Source of the DNA: Takakia lepidozioides
Lineage: Eukaryota > Plantae > Bryophyta
DNA length: 64,000 bases
Reading direction: 5' to 3'
Assembly: GCA_030704615.1 (NCBI GenBank)
Contig: CM060731.1
Coordinates: forward strand, 69,130,001-69,194,000
The position numbers were made by a program, and so were the translations under genes. Every line of letters begins with the position of its first letter. Within the stretch, counting starts at the first letter, position 1. Shown piece by piece: positions 35,939 to 49,139 of this stretch. Below the pieces are notes generated by a model, which saw only the letters and a program-made list of their open reading frames with translations, searched no databases and was not told the DNA's origin.

Positions 35939-38900
35939 ATGAGTGATGAAAGGAAGCTAGACCCCAGAGATATTCAGCAAAAAGAGAAAGTTATCTGAAA
36001 GCTAATTATCCATATCTTTGGGAGAGAGGAATAGACATAGGGGAATCATCTGGACCTCTCACACATTAAGATCAAAGAGTACATCACCATACCGAAAGAA
36101 CTAGAGTTGGATGCCACTCCTTCTTTTTCTTTGCAAGAAAGATTAAGGGAATTGGTACTGGAAGACAAATCAACCACAAGTTGAAAGATCTGAGGTACTC
36201 CTTGGATAAAAGATTTGACAAAAATCTTTGATAAGAGTTGGCATGGAAACACCAAAAGCAGGAAACTCCAGTTTCTGAGACGGAAGATGAAGAAGGAGGA
36301 GGAGAGGATGTGCAAAGCCAACGGAGAGTTCAGACTCTCCAACACCATTGCAGTTGAGTTACATGAGTGAAGAGAAGCCAAAGGGCAGAACTTGAGGATG
36401 AAAAACAGAGAGAAGAAATTGGAAGAGGAAGAGTCTGAAGAAGTAGACCCAACAGCTGAGGTTGAGACTACAACCAGGACATTTCAACCCGTTGGACCTG
36501 AATCAAGTGGAGCACTTGGATCACAGGCCAACGAAGGTGTCGGCTCAGGCGGGCAGCCTGGATCTGGCTTTGGGAGGACAGGGAAGTGTGGGAAGTAGTA
36601 GTGCAAATGGAGTGGGAATACTGTGGAATATCGTGGGGCCAGTAGCAGGGAGTGCTCAGGGGCCACAACTTGGTGGAAGTCACCCAACTACAACAGGTCC
36701 TCAAGGACCAGCACCAACAAGGGGGCCAGAATCTGTCAGTGGGCAGAAGAGAATGGTAGCCACAGATGGCGTTACAACCAACACGGGCAAAACCACCTTT
36801 TCCAATATATTCAGGAAAAGGGATCCTGATGTACACATTAGCCAATTTGAGCACATGTGTATTGTGAACAATGAGAATGGCGATGATGCCAAGATGAGAC
36901 TGTTTCCTTGTTCACTTATCAAGAAAGCAAGTGAATGGTATGCAAGATTCCCTGATAATCATTTCCTAACCTGGAATGGCTTGAATACAACATTCCAAAT
37001 AGGTTCAGGACAAGTAAAACTGAGGATGAAGTGTATGGAAGTTTACAACAGTTAAAGCAAAAGAAGCATGAAACTGTTGAGGAGTATATGGAAAAGATGG
37101 AATTGATGATGAAAAAGCTGGCTGCTGTACCAGCACCAGGTTTACAGAAGACTTGGTTTGTGAGTGGACTAAGACCAGAGTTGCAAAAGAAAGTGGATAT
37201 GTTACCCCATAATACAGTGGAGGAGGCATTTGAAACAGCGAACAGAATTGAGCAATTGGAATGCTCAGGAGAGAGAAAAGGGATGATGAGGACTCTGAGG
37301 ATGAGTCAGATGAGGAAGAAGAGCAAGAGCTGAAAAAGAAGAGTAAGAGGAAGGAGAAGTTGAAGAGGGATAACTATGAGAAAAGATTAGAAGAAATCTT
37401 GAAGAAGTATGCCACAGAGGCTGCAACACATTGGAGGAAGGGTGTTTGGTGTGCAAAGTGCCAGAATGAAGGCCATACCACCACTGAATGCCACATGAAG
37501 GAGAAACACTGTACTATCTGTAAAATGGATAACCATTCTACTGAGAATTGTTACTACAACAGAAGGACAGCAGCTAGAGAACCTAGGCAAGTAAGGGTGC
37601 ATCAAGTGCAGCCCCAGCCAAGAAGAAACAGTGATCAGGACCACTATGGTAGGCCTGGTGGTTATAACAATGGCATGGAAGGGAGAGGTAATCAAGAGGG
37701 AATTACCAAGGAAATTCCAGAGGCAACTATCAGGGTAATCCAAGGGGGAATTACCAGCCAGGGAATCAGGATTACAGAAACAATTCCAGAACAGACCAAG
37801 GGCGAGGACCTAATGAAGAACTGTGTTACTATTGTAATCAGGCAGGCCATCGCAAGGCAGCCTGTCCATTTTGGATCAGACACCAGAATGAGATGAGAGC
37901 TCCTGTGAATGAGGGGCCAGTGGTGGCAGCTCACATGGTTAGGCCATGTGTTGTACCAGAAGTAAGTACAATGATAGTAACGAGAAGCAAAGCCAAACTA
38001 ATACCTCCAGTAGATGAGGAAGATGATGATAATGAAGATGGCAGTGATGTGCCTGAAGATGATGAGGCTTGGAGAGATGAGAAGGAACTGCACAAGGAAG
38101 TGGCAGATACCATAAGGGAAATGCAGAAGAGTACTGATATTCCTATGGCAGATTCCTCTGATTCTGAAAGAGAAGAGGAAGTGAGTGAGGATGAAGGGAA
38201 GAAAGAAGCTGCAGACATGCAGAGTAATGAAGGGACTTTGGCTGAAGTAATATGCCAGTCCAAAGCGGAGATTACCATTGGACAGCTATTGGCTGTGGCA
38301 CCTTATTGTAGACACAGGCTGTATCAAGCAATCAATCGAATTGCCCATGTGACAGGGAACACAGACCTGAACAGCAAGGTGACCAGTTATAATGTGAAGC
38401 CGGAAGGGCGAGAAACAGTCATGGACTTTGATGATTCTATGCCAGTAATCCAATTGAGAATTGGAAGCACAGAACTAACTGATGTACTGATAGATGGAGG
38501 CTCTGGAGTGAATATCATGACAGACCAATTAAGGCAGAAGCTTGGTCTAAGTAACATGAAACCAGCCCCATTTACAGTAACAATGGCAGATCAAAGAAGT
38601 GTACAGCCATTGGGATTGATAAGAGGAGTTAAGATACAGATTCAAAAGATGATCTTTATGATCACAGTAACTGTGTTGAAAATGGATGAAGTCATGGAAG
38701 CTTACTCCTTATTGTTGGGACGTCCGTGGCTGAAACAGGCCAGGGTATTCCATGACTGGAATTCCCAGTTACTAACTGTGCATGATGGGATGCACAAGAT
38801 ACAAATTACCACTAAGAAATCTAGTAGATTACCTGCTACGAGAAGACCTCGAGGGGTCAGGGAGTATGACTGGAGGGGAGGACTTGATGAGGAGCAGGAA

Positions 38901-41900
38901 GCTACCCTGTTCGCTGCACACCCAGAGTGGGAGCAGGTTGCAGAGATGCAGCTGGAAGGCCTAAGTTGTTTAAAAGGTATCTGTTGTGGTGTAGTGACAC
39001 AACACCAATTGAAGGTGAAACAAGCAGTTACCCACCACATTTCTATGAAGAAAGAGAGGGAGAAATGGAAATCCTAGAGGAACCAGCCACTGTGAGTTTA
39101 CAGGATGAAGTGGTGACTGGTTGGACAATCACAGCTGAGCAGGTGAGAGAAGTGAATGTGGGAACTGAAGAGGAACCGAGGATGGTGAAGGTAGGGGCTG
39201 ATTTGGAGCCAGAATTCTTTGAGGAAGCTAAGAGTTTGTTCATCAAATACAGAGATGTATTTGCTTGGAGCTACGAGGATCTAAAAGGGATACCACCTGA
39301 GATCTGTCAGCATAAGATTGAACTGGAACCAGGGTCAGTACCAATCAAACAGGCAAGGTACAGAATGAATCCCAACTATGCACAGAAGGTTGGAGAAGAG
39401 ATCAAGAAGTTGGCTGAGGCTAAGTTTATATACCCGATAGAGTATACAACTTGGTTGTCACCCATTGTGATAGTTCCCAAGAAGAATGGTAAACTGAGAG
39501 TGACACTATAAGAAGTTGAATGCTTGCACGAAGAAAGATCATTTCCCCTTGCCATTCACAGAAGCGGTATTGGACACTGTGGCAGGCCATGAGATGTACT
39601 CATTCATGGATGGCTTCAGTGGTTATAATCAAGTGCAAGTGGCAGAAGAAGACCAGGGAAAGACAGCTTTCATCACAGACTGGGGTGCTTATGCATACAA
39701 AGTCATGCCTTTTGGACTTTGTAATGCACCAGCAACCTTTCAGAGAGTGATAAGTGAATCTTTTCATGAGTATCTGGATGATTTCATGCAGGTGTTCTTG
39801 GATGATTTCAGTGTGTACAGCTCTAAGAATGAGCACTTGCATAAATTGGAGTTATGTTTGGCCAGATGCAGGATGAGAGGTCTGGGCCTGAATCCAGAGA
39901 AGTGTACTTTTGTGTGAACTCAGGGGTGCTTTTGGGACACATTGTGTGTAAGAGGGGACTTCTTGTGGATCCCAGGAAGACAGAGGCCATTAAAGCCTCT
40001 CCACCACTAGTAAATGTTAAGAGTCTAAGGAGATTCCTTGGACAAACCAGTTATTACAGAAGATTTGTCAAAAGGTATGCACAGATAGCAGCACCATTGA
40101 GCAAGCTTCTGAAGAAAGATGCAGTGTTTGCATGGACAGCTGAATGTCAACAGGCTTTTGAGGAACTTACATTGTCAGTAACAACTACACCTGTGCTGAT
40201 TAACCCTCACTGGCATGTAGTATTTCATGTTCACTGTGATGCCTCAGGGGAAGCGTTGGGAGCGGTGTTAGCCCAAAATGTTACAGGAAATATAGATTCA
40301 CCTGTGTACTATGCTAGCAGGTTGATGAACAGTGCTGAAAGGAACTATAGCACAACTGAAAGAGAAGCACTGGCAATGATTTATGCAGTCAAGAAATTCA
40401 GGCATTACCTATTGGGAAGAAAGTTTATGTTTTATGTGGATCACCAGGCTCTGATATATCTGGTGAACAAACCTTTGATAAGTGGAAGGATAGCAAGGTG
40501 GTTAATAATCTTGCACGAGTTTGAGTTCGAAGTTGTTTACAAGCCTGGCCGTTTGCATCTTGTGGCAGATCATTTGTCACGCCTAACAACAGGAGAGCCC
40601 GCCACAGGAGTAGACGACCAATTACCTGATGCGAGTTTATTTGCAATGGAGGTGCAGGGAAGTGCAGATGAATGGTTAGATTGGCAGTGGCCAATCAGAT
40701 ACTACCTTACTCATGGTCAGTGCCCACCTAGTTATGGTAAGGAGCAGAGGAAGAGAATCGCTATCAAGGCTTTACCTTATACTATGGTAGGGGGCAGAAT
40801 GTATAAGCTAGGACCTGATGGAGTACTTAAACGATGCTTGTACCACCATGAAGTAAATAAAGTTTTGGAGGAAGTTCATAAAGGAGTGGCTGGAGGTCAT
40901 TTTGGAGAAGAGACTACCAGTAGGAAGATACTACTTGCAGGTTACTGGTGGCCTACTTTGTTCAAAGATGTACACAAGTATTGTCAGAGTTGTGATGAAT
41001 GTCAGAGGCTAGGACCTTTGCAGAGATCTGGGAAGATGGCTTTGCATCCTACGATGCCTACTGAACCAAGTTACTGATTATACTACGAAGTGGGTGGAAG
41101 CTAAAGCTCTGAGGGACAACACAGCCAAGTCCACAGCAAGGTTCCTGTATGAGAACATACTTACACGATTTGGCTGTCCCCTGGAATTTATCAGTGACCA
41201 GGGAAGTCACTTCATTAATGAGACCATTGAACTATTGACTAAAGAGTTCATGATTGTGCATAGGAAGAGTACAACATATTACCCACAGGGTAATGGGCAG
41301 GCAGAGGCTACCAACAAAATACTATGTACTATCTTGGCTAAGATAGTCAATGCAAACAGAACGGATTGGGATACAAAGCTGCTGACAGCTTTGTGGTCAT
41401 ACATGACTTCATATAAAGTCACCACTAAGTATACACCATTCCAATTAGTTTATGGTATGGAAGCTTTACTTCCAGTGGAATTCTTGTTACCTACCATGAG
41501 AACTGAATGGGGAAAGAGAATGGAATTGAAGATTCAATTAAGGTCAGGAAACATGAATTATACCATGTGGAAGAAGTACGTGCTGATGCAGCTGATAACA
41601 TGACCAGAATTCAGATGAAGAGGAAGGAACAGTTTGATGAAGGCAAATTAAAGACTTTTAAGACGAGAGATTTGGTTCTCTGGTTGCAGAAGAAGGGGAA
41701 GATTAAAGCTTCTAAGCTTAAATCACCATGGAAAGGACCTTATGTCATACAGAAGATGTATGATAACAACACCGCCATGTTACAAACCATTAACAAAGAG
41801 ATGCTGGGAAGAGTCAATGCCAATAAGTTGAAGGGGTACAGTGGTATCCATGACAAACCATTGCAGCACGATTTGCATGTTGAAACGCAAAAGCAGTCAC

Positions 41901-42055
41901 GGGCTGCGCCAGTGATACCAACGGAGTATGGAGCACTTGTCGTTAAGCCGAGCGTGTATGACCAAGGCGGGAAGTACAAGTGTCACACAACCTATCACAA
42001 CCCATCACATTGTCACACAGCCTATCACAGCCCATCACAGCCCATCACAGCGTGA
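35939..42055 (+). pseudogene. gag-pol: gag-pol of copy A (frameshifted)
   Basis: Three CCHC knuckles; PR LIDGGSG; RT FMDGFSGYNQ, MPFGLCNAPATFQR, FLDDF; RH CDAS..YSTTEREAL; IN GGHFG..CDECQR, SDQGSHF, YPQGNGQAE, WKGPY. Confidence 0.93.
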
Positions 42056-42657
42056 CACAGCCTATCACAGCCCACCACAGTGCCACACAGCCTGTCACAG
42101 CCCAACACACCCATACAGATTACACAGTCCATAGGGTCAGTGACAGGTGGACGCGAATTAACGTTAGAAAAGTGGCCATCAAGTGAAGAGGAAGTTTGGA
42201 AGTCAAACTTGGAGAATATGCACGCGGAGAGGGGAAGTCGGGGCATGTTTTGAAACAGACACGTGGCCACTAAGGCGTGGCACACCGCACTGCATCAATT
42301 GCAAAAAAAGGTCTCATCATGCAAACGGACAAATCGGGCCGTCAAAGTACCTACCCGGTACAGCAGCTAATACTAATTGTGGGCCCATTAATGCATTCAG
42401 TGTAAGGGTAACGGAACCAACCTATGCCACATGTGCTGTCCTACTGGACATTCCAGGTGGGAATGTCCATGGAGGGGGGTGGAATTAAGAAATTACCTAA
42501 GCAGTCCACAGCCAATCAGGAGTGCGAATTACATGCAGGTGGTTCCCTCCAAGAAACAAGAACAAGAAATAGGAAGTGTTATGAGCGGAAGAGTCGGGGT
42601 GGCTCTGAATAGCCAAGGTCTCGACGGAAGGGGCAATCAAAGCACTAGTTTGTAGCT

Positions 42658-45600
42658 ATGGCAGATGTAACGGATTACACACTCGCTTTACTTCTCACGC
42701 AGTGGCGCAAGGACGGAAGCATTGAGAGTACATTTTCTCTCACTCGATACTTGCAAGCCCCACAGGCTTACACGCACTTACCTGTTCCATTCTGTGCCAA
42801 CCATACCTTCATGCTCTGTGCCCTGCAAGCTTTCCTTCAGCTGTTTCAAACAAAGCCTTTTTGTTTGTCTAGAATGAAGAGAGTGAGGGGAATGGAGGAT
42901 ATCAGGGTGAAGAGCACCACGATTCTGCAGAAGCAAACAATTGCAGCACCGCAGGCAGTACAGCTGCTAAGGGAGTTGCGATTGGAGGGGCTGCTACGCA
43001 AGGACTGGTCCTTGCATCATCGGCAGTATATGATTCAATTTCTTCAGAACTTTGAGCCTCGGACGGGAGTTACTCAGGTGAGGGGAGTAGATATAGAAAT
43101 TACTCCCCAGTACCTGCAGCAATTGTTTGATTTGCCATCAGGTCATGTGGATGTGGATGAGCACAGGGCAAGATTGCAGATAGGGAATTTGTTCCAAGAA
43201 GGGAGTTTCTTTAAAACTCAAGGTTACGCTTGTACCAAAGCCGAGTACCCAGGGCTTAGGGAAGTTGGCCAAATATTGAACGTTCTGTTTGCCATGAAAC
43301 AGAACCAACAGTATTTGAGCAGGTCATTCACAGAGGAGATCCTGAAAGCTTTGAGGGGAGAGGATGTCGCTTGGGCGGAGTTAATGTACAATGGACTGGT
43401 GGACGAGATGAAGAGGTTACAGGGCACTGCTGCTAAGTCTCCGATCATTGTGTCTGGTCCAGTCATTGCCCAAATAATTCTTGATTCTTGCATACTTGAT
43501 ACTCGGGAACGTAAGGAGATGGGAGTGTTTGAGGCAGAAACCACTGCAATTGAAGAGCAGGGCTCTTCACACAGTGAGGGTGGACTGGCAGGGCAACACC
43601 AGTCTAAGAGACAGAGGCGGGGTATGACTGTAGTGGCGGATCCACTGGCTTCACGGAAACCGCACGATGATGTTTCCCAAGCTCTTGTGCAGGATGGGGC
43701 ACAGCAGCACAGAAGGCTGTTATTATTGGAAGCACGGCCTTCGGAGAGGGAAGAGGAAGTCAATTTGATACCACAGCCACCACAACCAATTGACTCAGTT
43801 GTTTTAGAGGTTCCACAGTTAGTACATGCTGTGACATCACCCCCAATTGCTCTGGAAGGAGAAAGGTTGGACATTCCCACTACAGAGCAGGTCGTGGCCG
43901 AAATTGAGAAGGGTGACCTTCTCTATGAAAACTCTGGCTTGGTAAGGGAATCAGTGGTTCCAGAGGTGCAGCGGTTGTCCAGGGAAAACCCTGCTGTGCA
44001 TGTAATACCCACACCTGTGATGGAGGTACCAGGGGTAGAATATCAAGACACTGCAGCACCTGTGGAGGATGAGGTGGTTCAGGAAGAGAATCTGGTGGGG
44101 CAATGGCCTGAATGGTTGGTGAGGCATCACACTGTGGAGGATCAGGGAGAACAGCAGCAAGTTCACCATGATGACCCTCAGCAGGCCATGCTTATGAGTT
44201 CCATAAGCAGAACACTTAATTTGTTGGGCACTTATGTGAAATCCCATGTTCCATCTACCCAATTGGCAGCTTTGAGGGAGGAACTCAGAAGGAGTTTGAG
44301 GCTCGAATTGCCACTGATGTGCTAACAAGGTAGATGAGGAGGTCAATCTCAAGTTACAGCAAGAGTTGGAGGACACAAAGGCTGCTTTGCAGTTGGCCAA
44401 GGGACATTTGATTGAAGCAGGCCTCGAGCAGGACCAGTTGCATGAAGCACATAAGCAACAGTTATACCAAATGCAGGTGAAGCATGAGGACAAGTTGCAA
44501 GAAGTGAATGTACTACATACAGAGTTGCAGGCAGTACATGAGAAGATGACCATACAATGTGCTACACTCACAACTACTCTTGAGCAAACTGCATTAGAAG
44601 TTAACAGACAAGGGGAGAGATGTATGAAGGCAGAAGCAGAGATAATAGAGCAAGCGAAACTCATTGTTGATATGAAGAATACAATCTGTCGCAATGAGAA
44701 TACTTTCAAACAATACAGACAGGTTGAGGCTGACCAGGAGAGGTACATCCTGGAGTTGCAACAAACAGTCATGGTCAATAGAAATGAACTCTCTGTGGCT
44801 AACAAGGCTTGGAAGGAAGCCAATAATCTGGCTGCTGCCTATGCGAGTCTGGTTGAACCTCATGCAAAACGCATGGAGGCTTTACAGCAGCAGTTAGATG
44901 TGTACAGACTCACGGAGGAGCAGACTCTCAGGGGTGCCACACACGACTTGGTGGATAACCACCTTATGCAGGTCTGGTTAGCACAAGGGCCGGTGGAAGG
45001 CAAAGCACCACGGAAGCTCACCCAGGGCGAGATGAATGAGCTCAGACTGCAGGTGCAGAACATTGCCACAACTACTATAGACAATGTCTATAGTAGGATA
45101 GCGGAGCTACAGGAGGATGTAGAAGGCCTGCAGACTCAGGTGGATGACCTGAGTTCAAATATTGACAAGAGAGTCTTTGTACCTGAGGAGCAGCTGATGG
45201 CTACTTATTTACATGCCAGGACTCTAATTTTTCAGTCTTCTTCGCAAGGGGTGTAGGCGATGCCAGTGGTAGAAGGGCCAGTGGTACCAATACCACAGCA
45301 AGTGATTGTGCAGGTAGCTGACCCTGTTGTTACTACAGCCACACCACAGCCTGAGGTATGGGGGGATGCTGCTTTTAACCCACCTAAGACTCCTGCTGCA
45401 CGGGAGTACAGTCGGACTATGATTATGCCCTTCAACCAAATTCCCATTGTGTTGGATTTGGCTTGGAAGGAATTTAGTCCTCCGCAATCGTTGGCACATT
45501 ACTACCAGATCATGCGCATTTGGCTGCCAGTGGCAACTAGGACTAAGGTTCTTCCGAACAATCGACCCATTGAGGATCATCACTTTGCGAGGTACTGGTC

Positions 45601-46406
45601 TGAAGCAGCTACCATGTTGAAGGAATTAATTGCCTTCCAAGTTGTACATGGGTACATTTATACCAAGACCAAGGAGGTATCAAGTATTGTCATGGGATGT
45701 GGATTATACTATGCTGCTTGTTTTCTGGCACGTTATCACATTGAGCAGCAGAGGATGCAATCCCGATTTCTGAGTTATTCCAGTGGGGATCATTGGGTCT
45801 TACCTTCAGTGCCACCTCATATGTACCTATATGATGCAGAAGGATTCCCAACTTCGTTCATGGTTTCATTCGGCTTGGAACAATTTGACAACACAGAAAT
45901 TCGGCCCTGAGGATATTTTCTTTAAGGGACATGAGGCATGGAAATACTTACACTGTTCCAAAGTCATCGGCACACCTCTTACCTATACAGATAAGGAGTT
46001 GAGGACGTTCACTAATTTTGCTTGTCAGCGCTTACAGCAAGTTGTACAATTTAAACTTCCAGATATGGTCGGACCACATTGTATGCCACACAGGATTCCA
46101 CTTAAAGTTTGGCCGTTAAAACACCTAAGGGGAGACGAGGATTCTCATACTACTGTTTCTTCAGCGGACTCTTTTGACATGGCAGAGGACTATGCACTTC
46201 AGATGGCAGAGAAGAAACGACGGGGATCTCCTATGCCTGAGAGGTTACCTCGTTATCAGCCAAAGGAGGGTCAGACATTTCCAGGTAGTGCTCAATCATC
46301 TCCATCAACCAATGACAGGACTCAGGCTCGCACACGGAGTCCTTCACGAGACTCTCACCGTCAGAAGGGTGCTCGCTCACAAAGGTTTGCTAATCCCAAA
46401 CAGTAA
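42658..46406 (+). CDS. Extra sense ORF(s) between pol and the 3' LTR: Athila-like plant transposon domain, acidic linker, coiled coil
   Basis: ORFs 42658-44325, 44366-45256 and 45260-45910 are in the same frame, separated by single stops; 45783-46406 follows. Motif IQFLQNF..QVRGVDIEITPQYLQQLFDLP..VAWAELMY. Heptad-rich segment at 44270-45170. Confidence 0.6.
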
Positions 46407-46427
46407 ACCGTTAGGACACGGCTTTTT

Positions 46428-46441
46428 GAGAGGGGGAGGGG
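46428..46441 (+). promoter_or_regulatory. Polypurine tract
   Basis: GAGAGGGGGAGGGG, 4 nt before the 3' LTR. Confidence 0.85.
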
Positions 46442-46445
46442 TAAA

Positions 46446-47389
46446 TGTTAGAGGGCTGCTTGGGACTTAGACGCTTTTACGGGTTCTATGGGGTACCCTT
46501 AATTTTTGCGCAGACTGAGACCAATATGAGCCTTAGGGGTGGCAGCAGCAGGCTTTAGGGGGGTTATACAGCCCGACACAGCCTGACACAGCTTTACACA
46601 GCCAGTCACAGCCAGTCACAGCCCGCCACAGCTTCGCACAGCCCGATACAACCCGACACAACCAGTCACAGCCCGATACAGCTTCGCACAGTCAGTCACA
46701 GCCCGACACAGCCTTACACAGCCAGTCACAGCTCGGCACAACTTGACACAGCCTGTCACAGTACATGGGGAACAGTTATCATTGACAGCGAACGACTGTG
46801 AGGGAACGACATCTGCAGAGGGAACGTGTTACTTCAGGGATGACGGTTAGTTAGTTAGGTGGCTAGAACAGCTTGCGGGCAGATAAGGAGAGCGGCAACG
46901 GAAAGAGGATGACTTCACGGGGAGCGCTTCTGGGTCATGGGAAGAGGAGATCAGGCGGGGGCAAGAACAAGAGCACAGGGAAGGAGGAAAGATGAACAGT
47001 AGATGCTTATTACATGCAGAGCTATAGTGATATTGTAGGGCGGATTAGAGTCACCATGGCATTGGCCTGATACCTGATAAATCATAATCTGATACTTATT
47101 CGATACAATTACACTGTGTAGAGAGACATGAGTGAAGCTGTGAAATGAATGCATGATTAACTGGAACTAAGTAGATACTGAAGCAATCTGATGCTTCAGT
47201 ATCAGATAAGGTAAATTGATAACATAAAGGCAAGAAGGAATACAGATGGGAAGCACAACCATGATTCACTAGCTGCAGGTCATGACTGATAGTACTGAGC
47301 GGGCTGAGTGCTTAGAGATATCCAACTCTTCTATCTTGGAGTTTCCACCTCGGATAGCGAAGGGATGGGTGAGTAAAAGCCGTTCGACA
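46446..47389 (+). repeat. 3' LTR copy A
   Basis: TG..CA boundaries, followed by TSD GTACA. Confidence 0.95.
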
Positions 47390-47394
47390 GTACA

Positions 47395-47662
47395 GTATGG
47401 TGACATCGGGTTCTGTTGTTCACGACATGACTTATGAGGTAACTGTTGGCAATTTTCCAAATTGCACATGCCCGGACTTCCAGAACACTTTATCAAGCTC
47501 TATTGGAAAGAAACCCAAATTTGTCCGTGCAAACACCTATACTACATCTACATTCACAGGATGTTTTGTGATCCTCACCGAGACACGTGCATTCACCAGT
47601 GTACAATGGGTCCCACTGACATTCATACACTTCTGCAGCGTGATAGGATTACTGAAATGTGA
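47395..47662 (+). pseudogene. MULE transposase 3' end with SWIM zinc finger
   Basis: YEVTVGNFPNCTCPDF...CPCKHLYYIY. Joins in frame to PPGYGRVY (34414) when the LTR element and one TSD copy are removed. Confidence 0.85.
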
Positions 47663-47792
47663 GGTGTTCAGAAGGAGTTGGATTCTTTGACAATGACTCC
47701 ACTTTGTTCAATGTAATGTTTTTAACATGTTCTATTTCTGTTTTGGCTGAATCTGTTTTCGGTTTGTTTGTTTTGGGGTTGGTGGTTTTTCC

Positions 47793-48491
47793 AATTAAGA
47801 TGTCGTTGACGACACCTTAATCCACCCACCTGCACACGCACTGCCTTCGTACCTTTGTTGGATTCATATATTTTGGGCTATTTGGGTTTTTGGATGAATT
47901 GAAATGTCGCAAAATGTGGTGGGAAATAAGATGTCGTTGACGACACCTTAATTCCTCCAACGTGCACATGCACCGCCGTGAAAGTTTTGTTCAGGTGGTC
48001 GGAATTAAGATGTCGTTGACGACATCTTAATCCCCCCGACCTGCACACGCACCGCCTTCAAAATTCTGTTGAGGTTGTTGGAATTAAGATCTCGTTGACG
48101 ACACCTTAATCCCCCCTGCACACGCACCGCCTACAAAGCTTTTCTGGATTCATTTTTTTCTGGTTTTTTGGGTTTTTCCATGAACTGTCGTATCGCAACA
48201 GGTTGTGGGAATTAAGATGTCGTTGACGACACCTTAATCGCCGTGACCTGCACACGCACCGCCTTCAAAGTTTTGTTGGATTTCTGTTTTTTCTTTTTTT
48301 GGGCCATAATCTGAAAAGACATGTGGCAGCAACTGGTGGGATTTAAGATGTCATTGACGTTGATGTGTTTTGCACAGGTGTTGGCTTTGTAGTTTTGTTG
48401 GATTCAAATTTTCTGGTTTTTTGGGATTTTCCATGAAATGTTTGTGGCAACAGGAGGTGGGAATTAAGATGTCGTTGACGACACCTTAATC
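47793..48491. repeat. Second cluster of 7 copies of the 30-bp palindrome, downstream of the transposase
   Basis: AATTAAGATGTCGTTGACGACAYCTTAATC at about 47793, 47924, 48003, 48082, 48210, 48341 (partial) and 48462. Most copies are followed by CTGCACACGCACCGCC-like sequence. Confidence 0.93.
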
Positions 48492-49139
48492 CCCCCCCCC
48501 CTCCCCCCCACCTAGACACACACCGCCTTCAATGTTTTTTGGACTCAATTTTTTGGGTTCATTGTTTTTGGAGAAATGTTTCTGCGATTTGGTTTTGTTC
48601 TCCACTTCTCATGTTCTATCCTCCTCCCTCCTCTGCAGCCCCACTCCCATCAGAAGAGTCCATAGGTAACTCAAATTTACTCCTGTATGTAATTGCCTTC
48701 TAACTTCAGCAGTTTCCTTCAAGTCCCCTCAAAGTAAGTACTGCCAGGATCAGCCGACAAATCTGAAATTCATGACACACTCGAGATGCAATTGCTCCAC
48801 GTGAAACAAAAACGAGGTCATGGTTCATCCATTTCGCTCATTTCTCATCCAACAGTCATCCACCATTCATCGTTTCCACTTTTCATTCATCCTGAAACCA
48901 TTCATCCGTCGGCTTTTTCATCGCACATTCGTACCATACGGTCGTCATGGAGCTTGGATTGTCCCGTCGGATGGGGTGTGCATGCGTCCGTGCATTGTAG
49001 TTTTTTTCCACGGCAATAGGCCCTCTTTTTCCCTCAGTTGTAGGCTCCCATTCACTAATCTGCTCAAGCTTTGAATCTGCTTACGCTTTAGGGATTCTGC
49101 TCATGTTTTCCACTTTAAGCATGAGCGTGCTCACGTGAG

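Larger units (their letters stand above)
34415..47389 (+). mobile_element. Full-length non-chromovirus Ty3/Gypsy LTR retrotransposon (copy A) nested in the MULE transposase
   Basis: LTRs 34415-35330 and 46446-47389 (TGTTAGAGGG...CGTTCGACA), 5-bp TSD GTACA (34410-34414, 47390-47394), PBS, PPT and gag-pol. Confidence 0.96.

Noticed and set aside
37850-37900. Programmed gag/pol stop or frameshift in Gypsy A/B
   Set aside because: The third zinc knuckle (CYYCNQAGHRKAAC) is in frame with MRAPV.. in copy A. The ORF breaks fall at different upstream positions in A and B, so they are decay or sequencing indels.
43224-44823. Long antisense ORFs (218 and 290 aa)
   Set aside because: These are shadows of the sense extra ORF, with no independent protein features.
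42658-46406. Retroviral env gene
   Set aside because: No evident signal peptide, furin site or transmembrane anchor; kept as an extra ORF of unknown function.
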